Virus record (IMG/VR): IMGVR_UViG_3300044557_000292
Span: 160,001 to 224,000 of that record
Source of the DNA: a virus
Lineage: Duplodnaviria; Heunggongvirae; Uroviricota; Caudoviricetes
Reading direction: 5' to 3' (one strand)
Length of the DNA stretch: 64,000 nucleotides
Shown here: positions 30,257 to 41,075 of the stretch, one piece after another
Layout: the number at the start of each line of letters is the position of its first letter
How positions within the stretch are numbered: the stretch's first letter is position 1
The notes under the pieces: generated by a model
The model's input: the letters and a program-made list of their open reading frames with translations, nothing else
What the model was told of the DNA's origin: nothing
The model's database searches: none
Position numbers and translations under genes: made by a program

Positions 30257-30749
30257 GATTGCCTCCAATGGTAACAACAGGCGCCCCAATGATCTTTGAT
30301 CCGATATTATAAAGAATGATCTTGAACCAAATGATGATGGCAGAGAACACGGTGACAACGATTCCGAATAGCATCGACGTCTCGTAGAGGAGGCCGGTCG
30401 TGATCTGCATGGCTGACCCCATGATGCCATTGACCGTGCTGATGATCGTTGTTCTTGATAGCAGGAATGTGATCAGAGCACCTGAGCCAGCGACGGCGAG
30501 GCCGTACGATATCCCCAGGAAGAACGCCATTAAGAGCCCCCTGCCTACCTGCATGTGGGTGATCCTTATAGAATGTGTTTCATTCCCTCTAGAGGATAGA
30601 TTACGCTTAGATCTTGTTATCAGATCGTTTTGACCGCCTGAACCGCGAACAGTTGATGGCTGACCAGATGATCGCATTCTGTTGGGCTCGATGTTGGACG
30701 AGATTCGTCTTCCATGATTTCCTTGTTCCATATGACATGATAGTACCAA
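30249..30749 (-). CDS. Membrane protein
   Basis: Two hydrophobic segments; the real start is probably ATG 30731, downstream of a TGGTACTAT box. Confidence 0.6.
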   Translation of the reverse strand: MVLSCHMEQGNHGRRISSNIEPNRMRSSGQPSTVRGSGGQNDLITRSKRNLSSRGNETHSIRITHMQVGRGLLMAFFLGISYGLAVAGSGALITFLLSRTTIISTVNGIMGSAMQITTGLLYETSMLFGIVVTVFSAIIIWFKIILYNIGSKIIGAPVVTIGGNHE

Positions 30750-30760
30750 TTAAAAACAAT

Positions 30761-30807
30761 AAGTGAGGGTTAGCATACCTAAGAAATAGGTATGCTAACC
30801 CTCACTT
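30761..30807 (-). terminator. Perfect 21-bp hairpin terminator after the large secreted protein gene
   Basis: AAGTGAGGGTTAGCATACCTA-agaaa-TAGGTATGCTAACCCTCACTT, followed on the minus strand by ATTGTTTTT. Confidence 0.8.
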
Positions 30808-30831
30808 GTGATCAGGCTGGAGGTCTACTGA

Positions 30832-33800
30832 TCACTCACTAGTTGCGCGGGCGAACGTGACTCCAAACCATCCTATCAGGTTCGTGCGATCACGGAATGC
30901 GGCGTCGATCTTGTTCTCCACGTTGCGTCCAGTGTTCTCCTGAGCAACAACCTTGTGATCGACGTATGATTGACCGGAATTATGATACTGCGCCTCGCAC
31001 TTACCATCAACCTGAGTGGTAGTAGTTGACAATGAGTGGACTGCATTGTTACCCCAAGCAGTCCCATTGCCATCTACCTCCCAGTTAGACAGCACCCTGA
31101 CCTGATTATCAGCAAGATACTCCCACTTGATGTTGAACTCCAGCCCGTTATCCTTGTCAGACGCCCACGGAGACTTAATCCTTATCTTCGTGAAGTTCCT
31201 TGGAATCTGCACTGAGTTGTACGTAGCATAGTTTCCAGTGTGAGATGAGGGGTCTGCTCCTGACCACTGACTGCCTGCCGCTCCAACATTTGATCCGAAG
31301 TTGATATCAGTCCATGTTGACCCGTCAGGGCTACCCTGCATCTTCGTGGCGACGCTACCGTCAATCTTCCACGGTGTTCCGTCATTCCTAACGATGGTAG
31401 TTGTGGTCGCGGGCGTGTCACCGTAAACAATTCCTCCCGACGATATTGGAGACCAGACGTCAAGATCAAGCTGAGCATACTCATTGTTGCGGAATGCCAC
31501 CGCGTCAGCCGTGTTAGAAGATCCGTCGCCATGTACCTGATCGTCCCCGGTAGTGTCTGGCAGCTTCACGTTAATACCATAGGAGTTCTTGGCCTTGTCA
31601 GCATCTGACGCGCCATTTGTCCTAATGTTATTGTCATTGACAGAGTTAGACGGATACTTTGCCGAGAAGCTAATATCATCAATTGCGTTTCCAGTGTTAC
31701 TGTTCACACTGTCTACACTCTTGAACGAGAACCTAGTCTTGGTCTGTCCAGCAGGAACGATATACGTACCAGTGTATGTCTCCCATTGGCCTTTATGAGA
31801 CGAGTCATCAGAGTTAGACACCTTGGTAGCGATAACAGTACCCACATCCCCAATCTTATCACCGTTACCGTTCACAGTAGTTCTTGTAGCTTCCTGAGCT
31901 GTTTCTTCACCTGGAGCCCCGATAAGCACACTCATCTTATCAAGATACCTATTATTCTGTGAGGCATGCTTGATAGTCCAAGTATAAACAGCTCCCGGTG
32001 TAGTATCTACATCCTGATAAAGAGCCGTGTTCTTTTCCTCAGCTATAATCTCTCCATATTGATTAGCATCTTGATCGTCCCAGTTAATCTCAACGAGTCT
32101 GTCCCGCTGGGTTGTGTGCCAAGCAAACTTTGATGAATCCCAAGATCCACTATATTGTGAATTTCCTGGTTGATTGTTCTTTCCATCATATGTCCAGTGG
32201 GATACGTACTTACCGTTATTAGGATCAGTACTGCTTAGCTTAACATTATTACCCTTCGTCCATGTAGCTGCCGGGTAACTAAAGTTACCATTGTCAAGAT
32301 GATCTGGCAGGGTAGTTCCACTACCACTGGAAGACGTCGGGGTGGCTGTGCAGTCATACGGGCATTCCTTCGTGTACACGGGGTCAAGATCTCCGGCTGT
32401 ATCACCAGTTGCTGACTCCCAGGTGATGGTATATTTACCATCATCGGACTTCTTATAAGCGAGAGACGTAACGCCAGGATAAGATCCGCTGACGTAACCG
32501 GCCGGTGTGAGACCTTCCGTGTTCGTCATGATCTCAAGAGCGCGCCACATCTTCTGTTGAGCTTCTGGCTCAGCGTTAGAACCCGTCATGATAGTAGTTG
32601 CGAAGTACCCATTATACTTGGTTGACTTCACAGATGAGGAATCAAGAATACCCCGAGCAGCAGCCCAGTTCTTGATCTTCTCGAAGTCAGACTGGTTGCA
32701 GTTAATGTTCAGGAAGTCTTGCATAGCCACTGGGGTCGGCGACTTCTTATCCTGTGCTACACCATAGAATTTGGAGCCATCGATGTACCCAGTGTTAGAA
32801 CCGAAGATCCACTTGTTCTTATTGACACTAGAGGGATCGTTCCAGACGACTCCCTTAGAAGTATTCCACGCAATGGTGGCATCATTGGCAGACTTAACGC
32901 TCTTAAGTGGTCTACCGTTGATCTTAGAATTGTTTCCTCCAGTGGCTACAACATTCTTGATCATGCTAACGTCTTTATCAGCAACATTTCTCCAAGGACC
33001 GACATTATAGTAGTCTTTACCGTTATGATCTGCAGCACTATTAGAGGGCTTACCCTGCCCTATCCTACCGCAACCACTTTCGCCGGCATTGCATTGAACC
33101 CAACCATTGAAATGATGGAAGTCTGATGTTCTCCACTGATACTTAAGATTCAACTGGTGGACCTCAAGCGCGGCGTTGATAGCGTACTTAACAAGCTTGT
33201 ACTGTCCACCCTTAGCGAATTGCTTGTTCAACAGCTTACCCGCATCTCCACCATCTGACACGAGATCATAGGAGATCTTCATATTGTAAGTCTCTTTGCA
33301 AGCAACGTCATGCGCATTCTTGATGTCAGCAACAGCCCTAGCCGTGGCGGCCTCAGGATTAGAACCGTAATCTTTCTGAGGTTGCTTGTCGGCCTGCATC
33401 CAAGTATGAGTTCCACCCTCTTTGTCTGTCCAGGATCCCTTACCAGACGCTATGACATTGTAAAGCTCTCCATAGGGGGTAAGAACCTGCTTGACTGCGG
33501 AAGATTCTCCCTTCGCATACCCGTCAAAGCCATTCGCGTACACGTTATAGTACACAGGGCATTCAGTAAGATCAGCAGCATCGTTAGTTCCCATCGACTT
33601 CACATCAGAGTAATTGGTGACAGACCATGACTGCTTCCATCCCGTCTGCTGATATTGCCAATCTGCTAATACAACTATACTAACAAACGAACTGTTAGAG
33701 GTATGATTTACCAACTGATCAGATATCGAACCGCCATTCATATTATCACAAGTAGAAACAGAATTACCTTTAACCTTGATAACGATGCATTGTCTCACCT

Positions 33801-34266
33801 GGTTCATATTTAAAGTTGACAAACCTTTTGTAGCTGGGTACATACTCCCATGAGCTGTTTGATATGCAATAGCGACCACTCTTGGAGATGTGCATTTATG
33901 ACCAGCTTTCTTAGAATTACTATCACAATCTGTAATAGCACTATTATATGCTTGTGTCACCCAGGAACTGAAGGTCGAGGAATTCGCAGTTGTGTCAGTT
34001 CCTTTGTTCTGCAAGAACGTCTTAATGCTATCTGGAGAACCAGAATCATTAGCATTTCCTCCTAAATCACCATAAAACCAATGAAGGTCATTAGAAGCAC
34101 CACCGCCAGACCATGTCCCTCCTGTGACACCACCACTACCTGTATCACTAGCATACGCATTATTAGCGCTATCAACTATAAAAAATGCGCTAATCATTAT
34201 GGAGAACACGGCCATCAACGCGAGAATGATGGCGTTCCTCTTAGAAAGAACTTTGAATCTGCTCAT
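30832..34266 (-). CDS. Large secreted surface/adhesin-like protein with a galactose-binding-like (DUF642-like) module
   Basis: 1144 aa, Sec signal (AYA|S). Module NGNF..LYQDVDTTPG..YTWTIKHAS..WETYTGTYIVPAGQTKTRFSF..GNAIDDISF resembles the domain I recall from bifidobacterial surface proteins. Confidence 0.65.
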   Translation of the reverse strand: MSRFKVLSKRNAIILALMAVFSIMISAFFIVDSANNAYASDTGSGGVTGGTWSGGGASNDLHWFYGDLGGNANDSGSPDSIKTFLQNKGTDTTANSSTFSSWVTQAYNSAITDCDSNSKKAGHKCTSPRVVAIAYQTAHGSMYPATKGLSTLNMNQVRQCIVIKVKGNSVSTCDNMNGGSISDQLVNHTSNSSFVSIVVLADWQYQQTGWKQSWSVTNYSDVKSMGTNDAADLTECPVYYNVYANGFDGYAKGESSAVKQVLTPYGELYNVIASGKGSWTDKEGGTHTWMQADKQPQKDYGSNPEAATARAVADIKNAHDVACKETYNMKISYDLVSDGGDAGKLLNKQFAKGGQYKLVKYAINAALEVHQLNLKYQWRTSDFHHFNGWVQCNAGESGCGRIGQGKPSNSAADHNGKDYYNVGPWRNVADKDVSMIKNVVATGGNNSKINGRPLKSVKSANDATIAWNTSKGVVWNDPSSVNKNKWIFGSNTGYIDGSKFYGVAQDKKSPTPVAMQDFLNINCNQSDFEKIKNWAAARGILDSSSVKSTKYNGYFATTIMTGSNAEPEAQQKMWRALEIMTNTEGLTPAGYVSGSYPGVTSLAYKKSDDGKYTITWESATGDTAGDLDPVYTKECPYDCTATPTSSSGSGTTLPDHLDNGNFSYPAATWTKGNNVKLSSTDPNNGKYVSHWTYDGKNNQPGNSQYSGSWDSSKFAWHTTQRDRLVEINWDDQDANQYGEIIAEEKNTALYQDVDTTPGAVYTWTIKHASQNNRYLDKMSVLIGAPGEETAQEATRTTVNGNGDKIGDVGTVIATKVSNSDDSSHKGQWETYTGTYIVPAGQTKTRFSFKSVDSVNSNTGNAIDDISFSAKYPSNSVNDNNIRTNGASDADKAKNSYGINVKLPDTTGDDQVHGDGSSNTADAVAFRNNEYAQLDLDVWSPISSGGIVYGDTPATTTTIVRNDGTPWKIDGSVATKMQGSPDGSTWTDINFGSNVGAAGSQWSGADPSSHTGNYATYNSVQIPRNFTKIRIKSPWASDKDNGLEFNIKWEYLADNQVRVLSNWEVDGNGTAWGNNAVHSLSTTTTQVDGKCEAQYHNSGQSYVDHKVVAQENTGRNVENKIDAAFRDRTNLIGWFGVTFARATSE

Positions 34267-34280
34267 CTTAATTATTCTCC

Positions 34281-35546
34281 TTACTGCTGTTCCATTGAGG
34301 TGAGCAGTACACGTCTTCCAGTATAACCCTTCGTGTTGTCATCATAATTGATCTTCCAGTGAAGAGTAAGAGCCTTATCCACGGACTTCTTATTCCCATT
34401 CAAGTTGACCGTGTACCTGATCTTGTACGTGCAGTCAATGTGATCATTAGGGCTGCTTGCTATGTGATACTCGCAATGAGATCCAATAGGCACGCCAACA
34501 ATAGCGTCGTTATAGTCCTTACCGGCAAAGTCGCCATTGTACTCATTCTGATCCCAGTCAGCATACAATGGTAACAGCCTCCTTGCGCTTGCTGAGTCTG
34601 TTATCTCGTTCGCCACACTGGAATCAAAGATGTTCTTGAGATTCTCCCATGCCGAGCTGTCAACATGCTGTCCGTCAAGTGACAACCAATCCTTATTCTG
34701 TAGTGAAGCCCAGTCACCGTACACCGGGTTGATGATCCTCTGCAGATCGTCCTGCATGACAGCGAACGTGTTCTCATCGGTAAGATAAGAGTAATTCGGG
34801 TTAATAGAACCATCTGAGTTTAGATACTTGGATGGATCTGAGGTGAGATTAGGATTAGACTCCTTAGACGGAAGAACACCTGTGGAGCTTGACGGTAACG
34901 TTTCTAATGAGTATTCCTGAGCGTCATCCTTATCATCTTTAGTGAGGGTCGTATTATCCTTCTGATAGAATTTAGGAATCTTAAGATCATCCATGATGGA
35001 ATCACTCTTGGTTACGGGGGTTACGCTAGTTGATCCAAGCCCCGTATCGTCGCTGACATTATTCTCGAAGGCCTGCTGGATCCTCTCATGCTGGGTGAGC
35101 CATACGCCAGACGCAAGGATTGCGGCAACGATGATGGAAATGAGGATGATCCATTTCCTATTGAGACTAGGGACGTACACGTCATCATCATTGTCATCAA
35201 GCGAGTTCAACGCATCGGTGGCGGTGTGATCAGAATCCTCAATCTTGGCAGCGGGTCTAGATGACCCCGCCCTCCCAATCTTAACAGTATCAGCGTTATT
35301 CTTAACCGGTGAATCCTCAACTGTATTCAACACGGGGGAAGATACGGCATCCTTGCTCAGATGATGGCCCGTTCTCCTGAAGGGTCTCCTGTTGGTAGGT
35401 TGCGTCTCACCAGTAGGGGCGTCTGACGGTTCAACAACTGGGTCTGTCTTACTCGCGAGATCCACACGCCTATCATTAGTTCTCGCATCAGCGTCATGAC
35501 TGTCATCATGAACAGCATGAGACCTATCAAATAGACTCGCCATCAA
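34281..35546 (-). CDS. Bitopic membrane protein (possible VirB8/TcpC-like conjugation component)
   Basis: Disordered N-terminus, single TM, extracytoplasmic domain; GGAGG RBS; in an operon with the adhesin gene. Confidence 0.5.
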   Translation of the reverse strand: MMASLFDRSHAVHDDSHDADARTNDRRVDLASKTDPVVEPSDAPTGETQPTNRRPFRRTGHHLSKDAVSSPVLNTVEDSPVKNNADTVKIGRAGSSRPAAKIEDSDHTATDALNSLDDNDDDVYVPSLNRKWIILISIIVAAILASGVWLTQHERIQQAFENNVSDDTGLGSTSVTPVTKSDSIMDDLKIPKFYQKDNTTLTKDDKDDAQEYSLETLPSSSTGVLPSKESNPNLTSDPSKYLNSDGSINPNYSYLTDENTFAVMQDDLQRIINPVYGDWASLQNKDWLSLDGQHVDSSAWENLKNIFDSSVANEITDSASARRLLPLYADWDQNEYNGDFAGKDYNDAIVGVPIGSHCEYHIASSPNDHIDCTYKIRYTVNLNGNKKSVDKALTLHWKINYDDNTKGYTGRRVLLTSMEQQ

Positions 35547-35725
35547 TTACCTCCGAATAGACCCATCAATCTCAATCTAACATACATAAGATATCATAGC
35601 CCATCATGGGAACGCAATGATCGCAATAAATCTATAATCAGACAATCAGGAATGCGTGGTATCGTGTCTTAACTATCTTCATTTAATGAAGCGTCTTGTT
35701 ACTGGGAATAGGGTGATATGTTGGG

Positions 35726-36844
35726 TCACCCGATGATCCTTCTGATCTGGTATCCGCCACTGAACGCCCATTGCACGGGCGTGACGACCGTCCCCGCTTC
35801 TGGGTTCAGGGCGTTCACGACCGTCCCATTGCCAATATAGATTGCCGCGTGAGAATCATTCGCAATGACGTCCCCAGGCCGCGCGTCTGTTATAGACGCG
35901 ACTGCGTTCCCTGCCTGGGCCTGATTCCCAGAGTAGTGGGGCAGGCTAACCCCGAACTGGGAATAAACGTACATGACATAGCCGCTGCAATCCCATCCCT
36001 GTGGAGTCGAGCCACCCCATACGTAGGGCCTTCCAATGAACTGCATGGCATAATCTACCACATCTTCACCCGTCTTACCATTCGAAGGCTTGATCACCCC
36101 GGCGTTCGGAGCAGATGCTGACATCACGGGCGCTGACGAGGCTGTATACTGCGGCGCCCTCGTCTCCTCGACGTCCTCCTCAACCGCGTCAGCAGCAGCA
36201 TCAATCTTCTTCCTGAGGCCATCGAGATCCTCCACTGACGCCTGCTCGTTGTTCGTGAGATCAGGCGCTTGATCTAACAGTGTCTTCAATGCTGACCTGT
36301 GCTCGTCTGTAGACACATCGGCGGTGGAGGCATAGAGCGACTTACCGTTCTTCACGCTGGAATTGAGAGCGTTGACGGCAGAATTCTGATCTGTTGACCT
36401 CGAGTATGGCATGTTCATGCTCCCAATACCGCCCCAATCGCCATCAACGTCCGTCGATATGGACTCACGGAACGCTGATCTACTCACCTTGGAAGCATTA
36501 GCATCACGATCAGCACTAGACGCTGATCGAAACGATCTTGATGAGACTACCGCCCCATCAATCGTATTAATCCTTGAATCATTATTAGAAGCACCGCTGG
36601 CAGTCTGGACGCTGTATCCTATGACTGCCGACAAGATGAGGACGGGTGCGATCATGATCGACACCACGCTCTTGATTGAGATTGGATCAATCCTAGCATG
36701 ATCACCCATGAATCCTACAGATGGTCTTCCATCATGATTAATACGCGATGACCTCTTCCAGAATCGTGACGAGATTCTCCTCGCGTGATCAGACATAATC
36801 CTCCTCATCAATGGAATCAGCGTCGCATTGCAGACAAGATCCAC
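35726..36844 (-). CDS. NlpC/P60 (C40) peptidoglycan endopeptidase
   Basis: PYVWGGSTPQGWDCSGYVMYVY, PGDVI, HAAIYIGNG; N-terminal TM and helical stalk. Start codon uncertain. Confidence 0.9.
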   Translation of the reverse strand: MDLVCNATLIPLMRRIMSDHARRISSRFWKRSSRINHDGRPSVGFMGDHARIDPISIKSVVSIMIAPVLILSAVIGYSVQTASGASNNDSRINTIDGAVVSSRSFRSASSADRDANASKVSRSAFRESISTDVDGDWGGIGSMNMPYSRSTDQNSAVNALNSSVKNGKSLYASTADVSTDEHRSALKTLLDQAPDLTNNEQASVEDLDGLRKKIDAAADAVEEDVEETRAPQYTASSAPVMSASAPNAGVIKPSNGKTGEDVVDYAMQFIGRPYVWGGSTPQGWDCSGYVMYVYSQFGVSLPHYSGNQAQAGNAVASITDARPGDVIANDSHAAIYIGNGTVVNALNPEAGTVVTPVQWAFSGGYQIRRIIG

Positions 36845-37188
36845 ACCGTCAGCACGATGATTCCGTTCTTACACGTTAATCTTCATTATTAAGATATAGG
36901 GTCGCCGGAATCCTTCACCTATTATTCACTTGATGAACCCAGCTCCTAGGGGCGGGGTTCCTGTCCAGCGGTGACTGGCGGCCACCCAGTCTTGCATACC
37001 TCAAGCGTTGATTACCGTGTACCCTACGATAGTTTTCTATGAGTCATGCGTTCGGCCAAACGCAATCCCTCCATTAACATATTTTACCACGCATCGACGT
37101 CTAATGCAATTGTTTAACGCACCGCGCCATCATCGATGAAGAAGGGAGGGGGTACGATGCTATCTGGTAACTCCACGCGGGAATCCTA

Positions 37189-39870
37189 TTATGATAAGAT
37201 GTCCTGATCCTCCTTGATGTCAAAATACCTGCCCGCATCTTCAACCGCACGCTCAGAATCAGTGCTCTTCAAGATGCTCTTCGCCACCATCCTCGCCGGA
37301 GCAATCCACTTCGCATCCCTCACCAGGTTAGCGAACATGAGGTCACTGCGGCCAGACTGCGCCGTACCGAAGAGGGATCCCGTCCCCCTGTTCTTCAAGT
37401 CGGTCTTGGACAGCGTCCATCCGTCAAGCGTATCGCACATGGCCTGCATCCTTGATGACCCGGCATCGTTGAACGGCATGGCCACGAGCCAGCACTTGCT
37501 CGGAAGGTCACTCCTCCCGATACGGCCACGAATCTGGTGGAGTGACGCTAGACCAAACCTGTTCGCGTCCAGTATCACCATTCTCGTGGCAAGCTCACAG
37601 GACACGCCAACCTCAACCACGCTAGACGCCACGAGCACACTAATCCTACCATCCTTGAACCCAGTAATGGCCGCATCCTGCTTGTCCTTAACCTGCCCAC
37701 CGTACACGGACGCTATTGCCACGTCCCTTGGGAATACCGCCTCCAACTCCTTGGCCGTCTTCCTCACTGACGCGGCGTCAATCTTCTCGGAGTCAGATAC
37801 CATCGGACAGACGATGAATGCACCGTGACCGCGCCTCACCTCGGAAAGCACATCAGACCAGATCTCACTCCCCCTATCCTCAACGACAGACGCGCCCTTC
37901 TTCCTCACCCAGACCGTCTTGATGGGCTGTCTTCCAGCGGGGAGCTCGTCAAGCGCGAGGTACTCCACGTCACCGTAGTACACCTGGGCCATCGAACGTG
38001 GTATAGGCGTGGCCGTCTGCATGAGGAAGTCGGGGGTCTTACCATCTGTCCTCACGTCAAGGAGTCGTGACCTCTGAGCTGCCCCAAACTTGTGCTGTTC
38101 ATCCACGCCAACGAAGGACAGGTCATGGTACTCAAGATTAAGAACGGAATGCGTGCCGAAGATAAGATTCGTCGAGCCATCCCGTACTGATTCTATAGTC
38201 TCATTACGACGCTTCGTTGACCCCTTGCCCTTATAGCCAGCATGAAGAACAGGATGGATCTTCATGCTGGCCTCATCTGGCATTGACGACAGTATCTTCA
38301 TGAACACCTCGTACAGCTGGGTGGCGAGGATCTCCGTTGGAGCACAGATCACCGCCTGATGGCCGGCATTGACCGCGTTCAGAGCGGCAAGATGCATGAC
38401 TGTCGTCTTCCCTGACCCCACGTCGCCGACGAGGAGCGCGTGGAGTGGCTTGTCCGAATCCATCCCCCTCAGAATGGCAGCATCTGCCCTCTCCTGCGCT
38501 CCCGTGAGATGATAGGGAAGACTCCCAATATAGGAATTCGTAAGCGTATGATCGCTGGAGTTCCGTACTCCTCCATGATGCTCTGACCCCCTCCTATGGG
38601 CTTCAATCCACACGAGAAGCTGTACGATCTCGCAGAACGCTAACGCTTTCTCAGCGGCACTCCTACCGTTCGTGTCACGGGGGAAGTGCATGGTCTTTAT
38701 GGCCTTACCATAAGACACGTCTGTGATTCCATTGGCCTTGAGGGCTGGATCCGCCCAGCGTGGACCCCTGAACTCATCCCCTAGACGAGACATAAGTTCT
38801 TGCTCACAGTGCACGAGGATCATTGAGGACAAGGCTGCCCTCCCGGGCGTGAAGTACACCGGCATGATCGGCATGACCCCAGCTGCCTCCACCGGGTCGA
38901 CCTGCGGTTGGACGATCTGGTCGACCGTGAATCCCCTGGAGGCGTGCCACGGCTTGTACTGCCCGGTGACTATCACCTCGTCACCGGGCTTATAATGCTC
39001 CTCGAACCATCTACCAGCATTGAAGAATGAGCATTGGATATGAGCGCCAAGCTTGTCCTCGACCACCATGACGGAGAGATGGGTAGACGGATGCTTCCAT
39101 TCTGCAACCATTCCAACGATCGTCGCCGTCTCCCCCTCGATCAAATCACGAACGTCCTGAGGATTTGAGCGATCAATGTACCTTCTCGGTCGTATCATGA
39201 TGAGATCATACAGGGAGTTGATCCCCATGATCTTCAGCTTGTCCTGAATACTCGCGCGATTATCCCTTCGGAGTGACCAGGACTGGATGTTAGACCTCAC
39301 GATCCTGAGAGCGCTGGTCGGTATCATCCTCAATGATTCCGCGGAGCCGTCATATGGCTGCGGTATGGGCTCATGGACCACGTCGTATAGAGCATCACTC
39401 ACGGTGAACCTTAGATTGCGTGGTAGTGTCTCGTTCAATGCGAGAAGATCGGGGGCAGACGTGATTGGCAGCGTCCACGCTCCATCACCCCTAGGAGTCG
39501 CATAGGTTGACCTCATGATCTTCCTGTACCGCTCGGTCTGTGGGAACACCGCCCTCACCAGACTCTTGTCCTCATCCCAGTCAAGCTCTGCCGGGGTGTT
39601 CTTAGCAACCACCTCTTTGAGGATGGCCTTGTCTTCGTCCGAATGGTACTTCAATACGGCTCCGTTACGACGGGCCTCAGTGACCACGTCCCTGACGGAA
39701 AGCGCTACCACCGGCGACAGTGAGAAGGAGTAATTCCATAATCCAGAGAATGCTGAATCTTCATGACAGGTTGGAATATCCCTGAGGCCAAGCCTCGATC
39801 CTATCGGCTCGGTGAGCGTTACGAAGATCTTGTTAGCCTTCCCGTCCGCCCTAATCATAATGTCAACCAT
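37189..39870 (-). CDS. recG: ATP-dependent DNA helicase RecG with an N-terminal extension
   Basis: LTGAQ, GDVGSGKT, APTEILATQ, DEQHKFG, TATPIPRS, VVEVGV, LHQIRGRIGR, RGTG..GTAQSG; OB wedge domain. Confidence 0.93.
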   Translation of the reverse strand: MVDIMIRADGKANKIFVTLTEPIGSRLGLRDIPTCHEDSAFSGLWNYSFSLSPVVALSVRDVVTEARRNGAVLKYHSDEDKAILKEVVAKNTPAELDWDEDKSLVRAVFPQTERYRKIMRSTYATPRGDGAWTLPITSAPDLLALNETLPRNLRFTVSDALYDVVHEPIPQPYDGSAESLRMIPTSALRIVRSNIQSWSLRRDNRASIQDKLKIMGINSLYDLIMIRPRRYIDRSNPQDVRDLIEGETATIVGMVAEWKHPSTHLSVMVVEDKLGAHIQCSFFNAGRWFEEHYKPGDEVIVTGQYKPWHASRGFTVDQIVQPQVDPVEAAGVMPIMPVYFTPGRAALSSMILVHCEQELMSRLGDEFRGPRWADPALKANGITDVSYGKAIKTMHFPRDTNGRSAAEKALAFCEIVQLLVWIEAHRRGSEHHGGVRNSSDHTLTNSYIGSLPYHLTGAQERADAAILRGMDSDKPLHALLVGDVGSGKTTVMHLAALNAVNAGHQAVICAPTEILATQLYEVFMKILSSMPDEASMKIHPVLHAGYKGKGSTKRRNETIESVRDGSTNLIFGTHSVLNLEYHDLSFVGVDEQHKFGAAQRSRLLDVRTDGKTPDFLMQTATPIPRSMAQVYYGDVEYLALDELPAGRQPIKTVWVRKKGASVVEDRGSEIWSDVLSEVRRGHGAFIVCPMVSDSEKIDAASVRKTAKELEAVFPRDVAIASVYGGQVKDKQDAAITGFKDGRISVLVASSVVEVGVSCELATRMVILDANRFGLASLHQIRGRIGRSDLPSKCWLVAMPFNDAGSSRMQAMCDTLDGWTLSKTDLKNRGTGSLFGTAQSGRSDLMFANLVRDAKWIAPARMVAKSILKSTDSERAVEDAGRYFDIKEDQDILS

Positions 39871-39877
39871 GAGGTTT

Positions 39878-39886
39878 ATGGTACCA
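39878..39886 (-). promoter_or_regulatory. Class B motif nGGTAC(T/C)AT (representative; also 12647, 22566, 30740, 44759, 52318, 53678, 55651)
   Basis: TGGTACCAT ends 7 nt before the recG ATG, which fits leaderless geometry. Confidence 0.65.
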
Positions 39887-40055
39887 TATCACGTTTAACT
39901 GTTGAGACCAGTTACTTTAGGCCTAGTAGCATTAGGAACTGCCTGCCACATGATGATTGCAGGTAGCATGATCGTGACAGTCGTGATGACCGGGAGTCCA
40001 GGCGATGATGCTGTTATGAAACAATCCAGGACGTTGCGCTTCTTACGTCAGATCA

Positions 40056-41051
40056 TTAGACCAATGCTAGACCCACGCTGATCATAAGCGTGATCACGTT
40101 GTACGAGACGTGAACAAGAGTCCCAGGCCATATGGAATGGAACCATTTCCAGTCGAGAAGAGCAAGAACAGATCCGAGGACTGTCATAGAAGTGACCACA
40201 AGCGCGGTGGAAGCGCCAGCACCGGGGATGTGTATCAGGGAGAATAGAAGACCTGAGGTGATGATCATCATGACCTCGCGGGCGAGTGTCCTCCTCCTAC
40301 TCCCATTACGATCATACCCGTAGGCGAGCGTCGAGTTCATGAGCTCATTCAGAATGAGACCACGGAACACAACCTCCTCCAGTAAGGGCGCAATGACCGT
40401 GACGATGATGATCGTGATTACAGTCCATACCGGCCATATAGCCCTGCCCTCCACAAGATCGACGATCAATCCCGTGAACGTAATCGTAGATGATGAGGAC
40501 GCGGAGTCATCCCCCAGAGCATGGAAGACCCATCCAATCACCTGCATGACCGCGATGAGTCCAATGCTGATCGCAATGCAGATGAGAGTCTTGATGATCC
40601 TCCTCTTCCACATCCCCGATTCTAATCCATTCATCTTCGGAATCTTCAGCATCGGATTGGCGTTCAACTTAGATCGTATGAACGGAACGGCGAGGAGGAT
40701 GGGCGCGTAGGCAAGCGCTGACGCGAGTGGACCCATGAGGATGAGGAACTCCACGACCTCGGGAGACCCGGCCTCCGATGCGTCAAACGGTGGAGGAGTC
40801 CTCCCGCCGAGCAGGAGCCACCATACGCCCGACCCCACGAAGACCATGAGGAATTGCAGGGCTGCTCCTGCTACAATGATGAACACGACAGATGAGGCCA
40901 CGGTTCCCCAGCGGTCAACCTCACTCGAATCCATTAGGAAGTCTTTCGCCCTTCTAAGCCATAGCTGGATCGCAATGAATATCCTAGTCAGCATGAGTGA
41001 CCTCCCGTACCAGGCGTCATGGGGACAAGCAAGCCCATATCTGCGGTACAC
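40056..41051 (-). CDS. CPBP/CAAX (Abi) intramembrane protease
   Basis: APLLEEVVFRG, FSLIH, HVSYN; many TMs. Confidence 0.88.
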   Translation of the reverse strand: MYRRYGLACPHDAWYGRSLMLTRIFIAIQLWLRRAKDFLMDSSEVDRWGTVASSVVFIIVAGAALQFLMVFVGSGVWWLLLGGRTPPPFDASEAGSPEVVEFLILMGPLASALAYAPILLAVPFIRSKLNANPMLKIPKMNGLESGMWKRRIIKTLICIAISIGLIAVMQVIGWVFHALGDDSASSSSTITFTGLIVDLVEGRAIWPVWTVITIIIVTVIAPLLEEVVFRGLILNELMNSTLAYGYDRNGSRRRTLAREVMMIITSGLLFSLIHIPGAGASTALVVTSMTVLGSVLALLDWKWFHSIWPGTLVHVSYNVITLMISVGLALV

Positions 41052-41075
41052 GCTCGCGTTAAAGTAGTCATATTC

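Noticed and set aside
36900-37075. c-di-AMP (ydaO) riboswitch or pistol ribozyme upstream of NlpC/P60
   Set aside because: The context suits ydaO, but its conserved blocks (GCCGAAUCC, GGGGAACC, CCCGUCAGCUAAC) are absent on the coding strand. AAGCGTTGAT resembles pistol, but the other pistol elements are missing.
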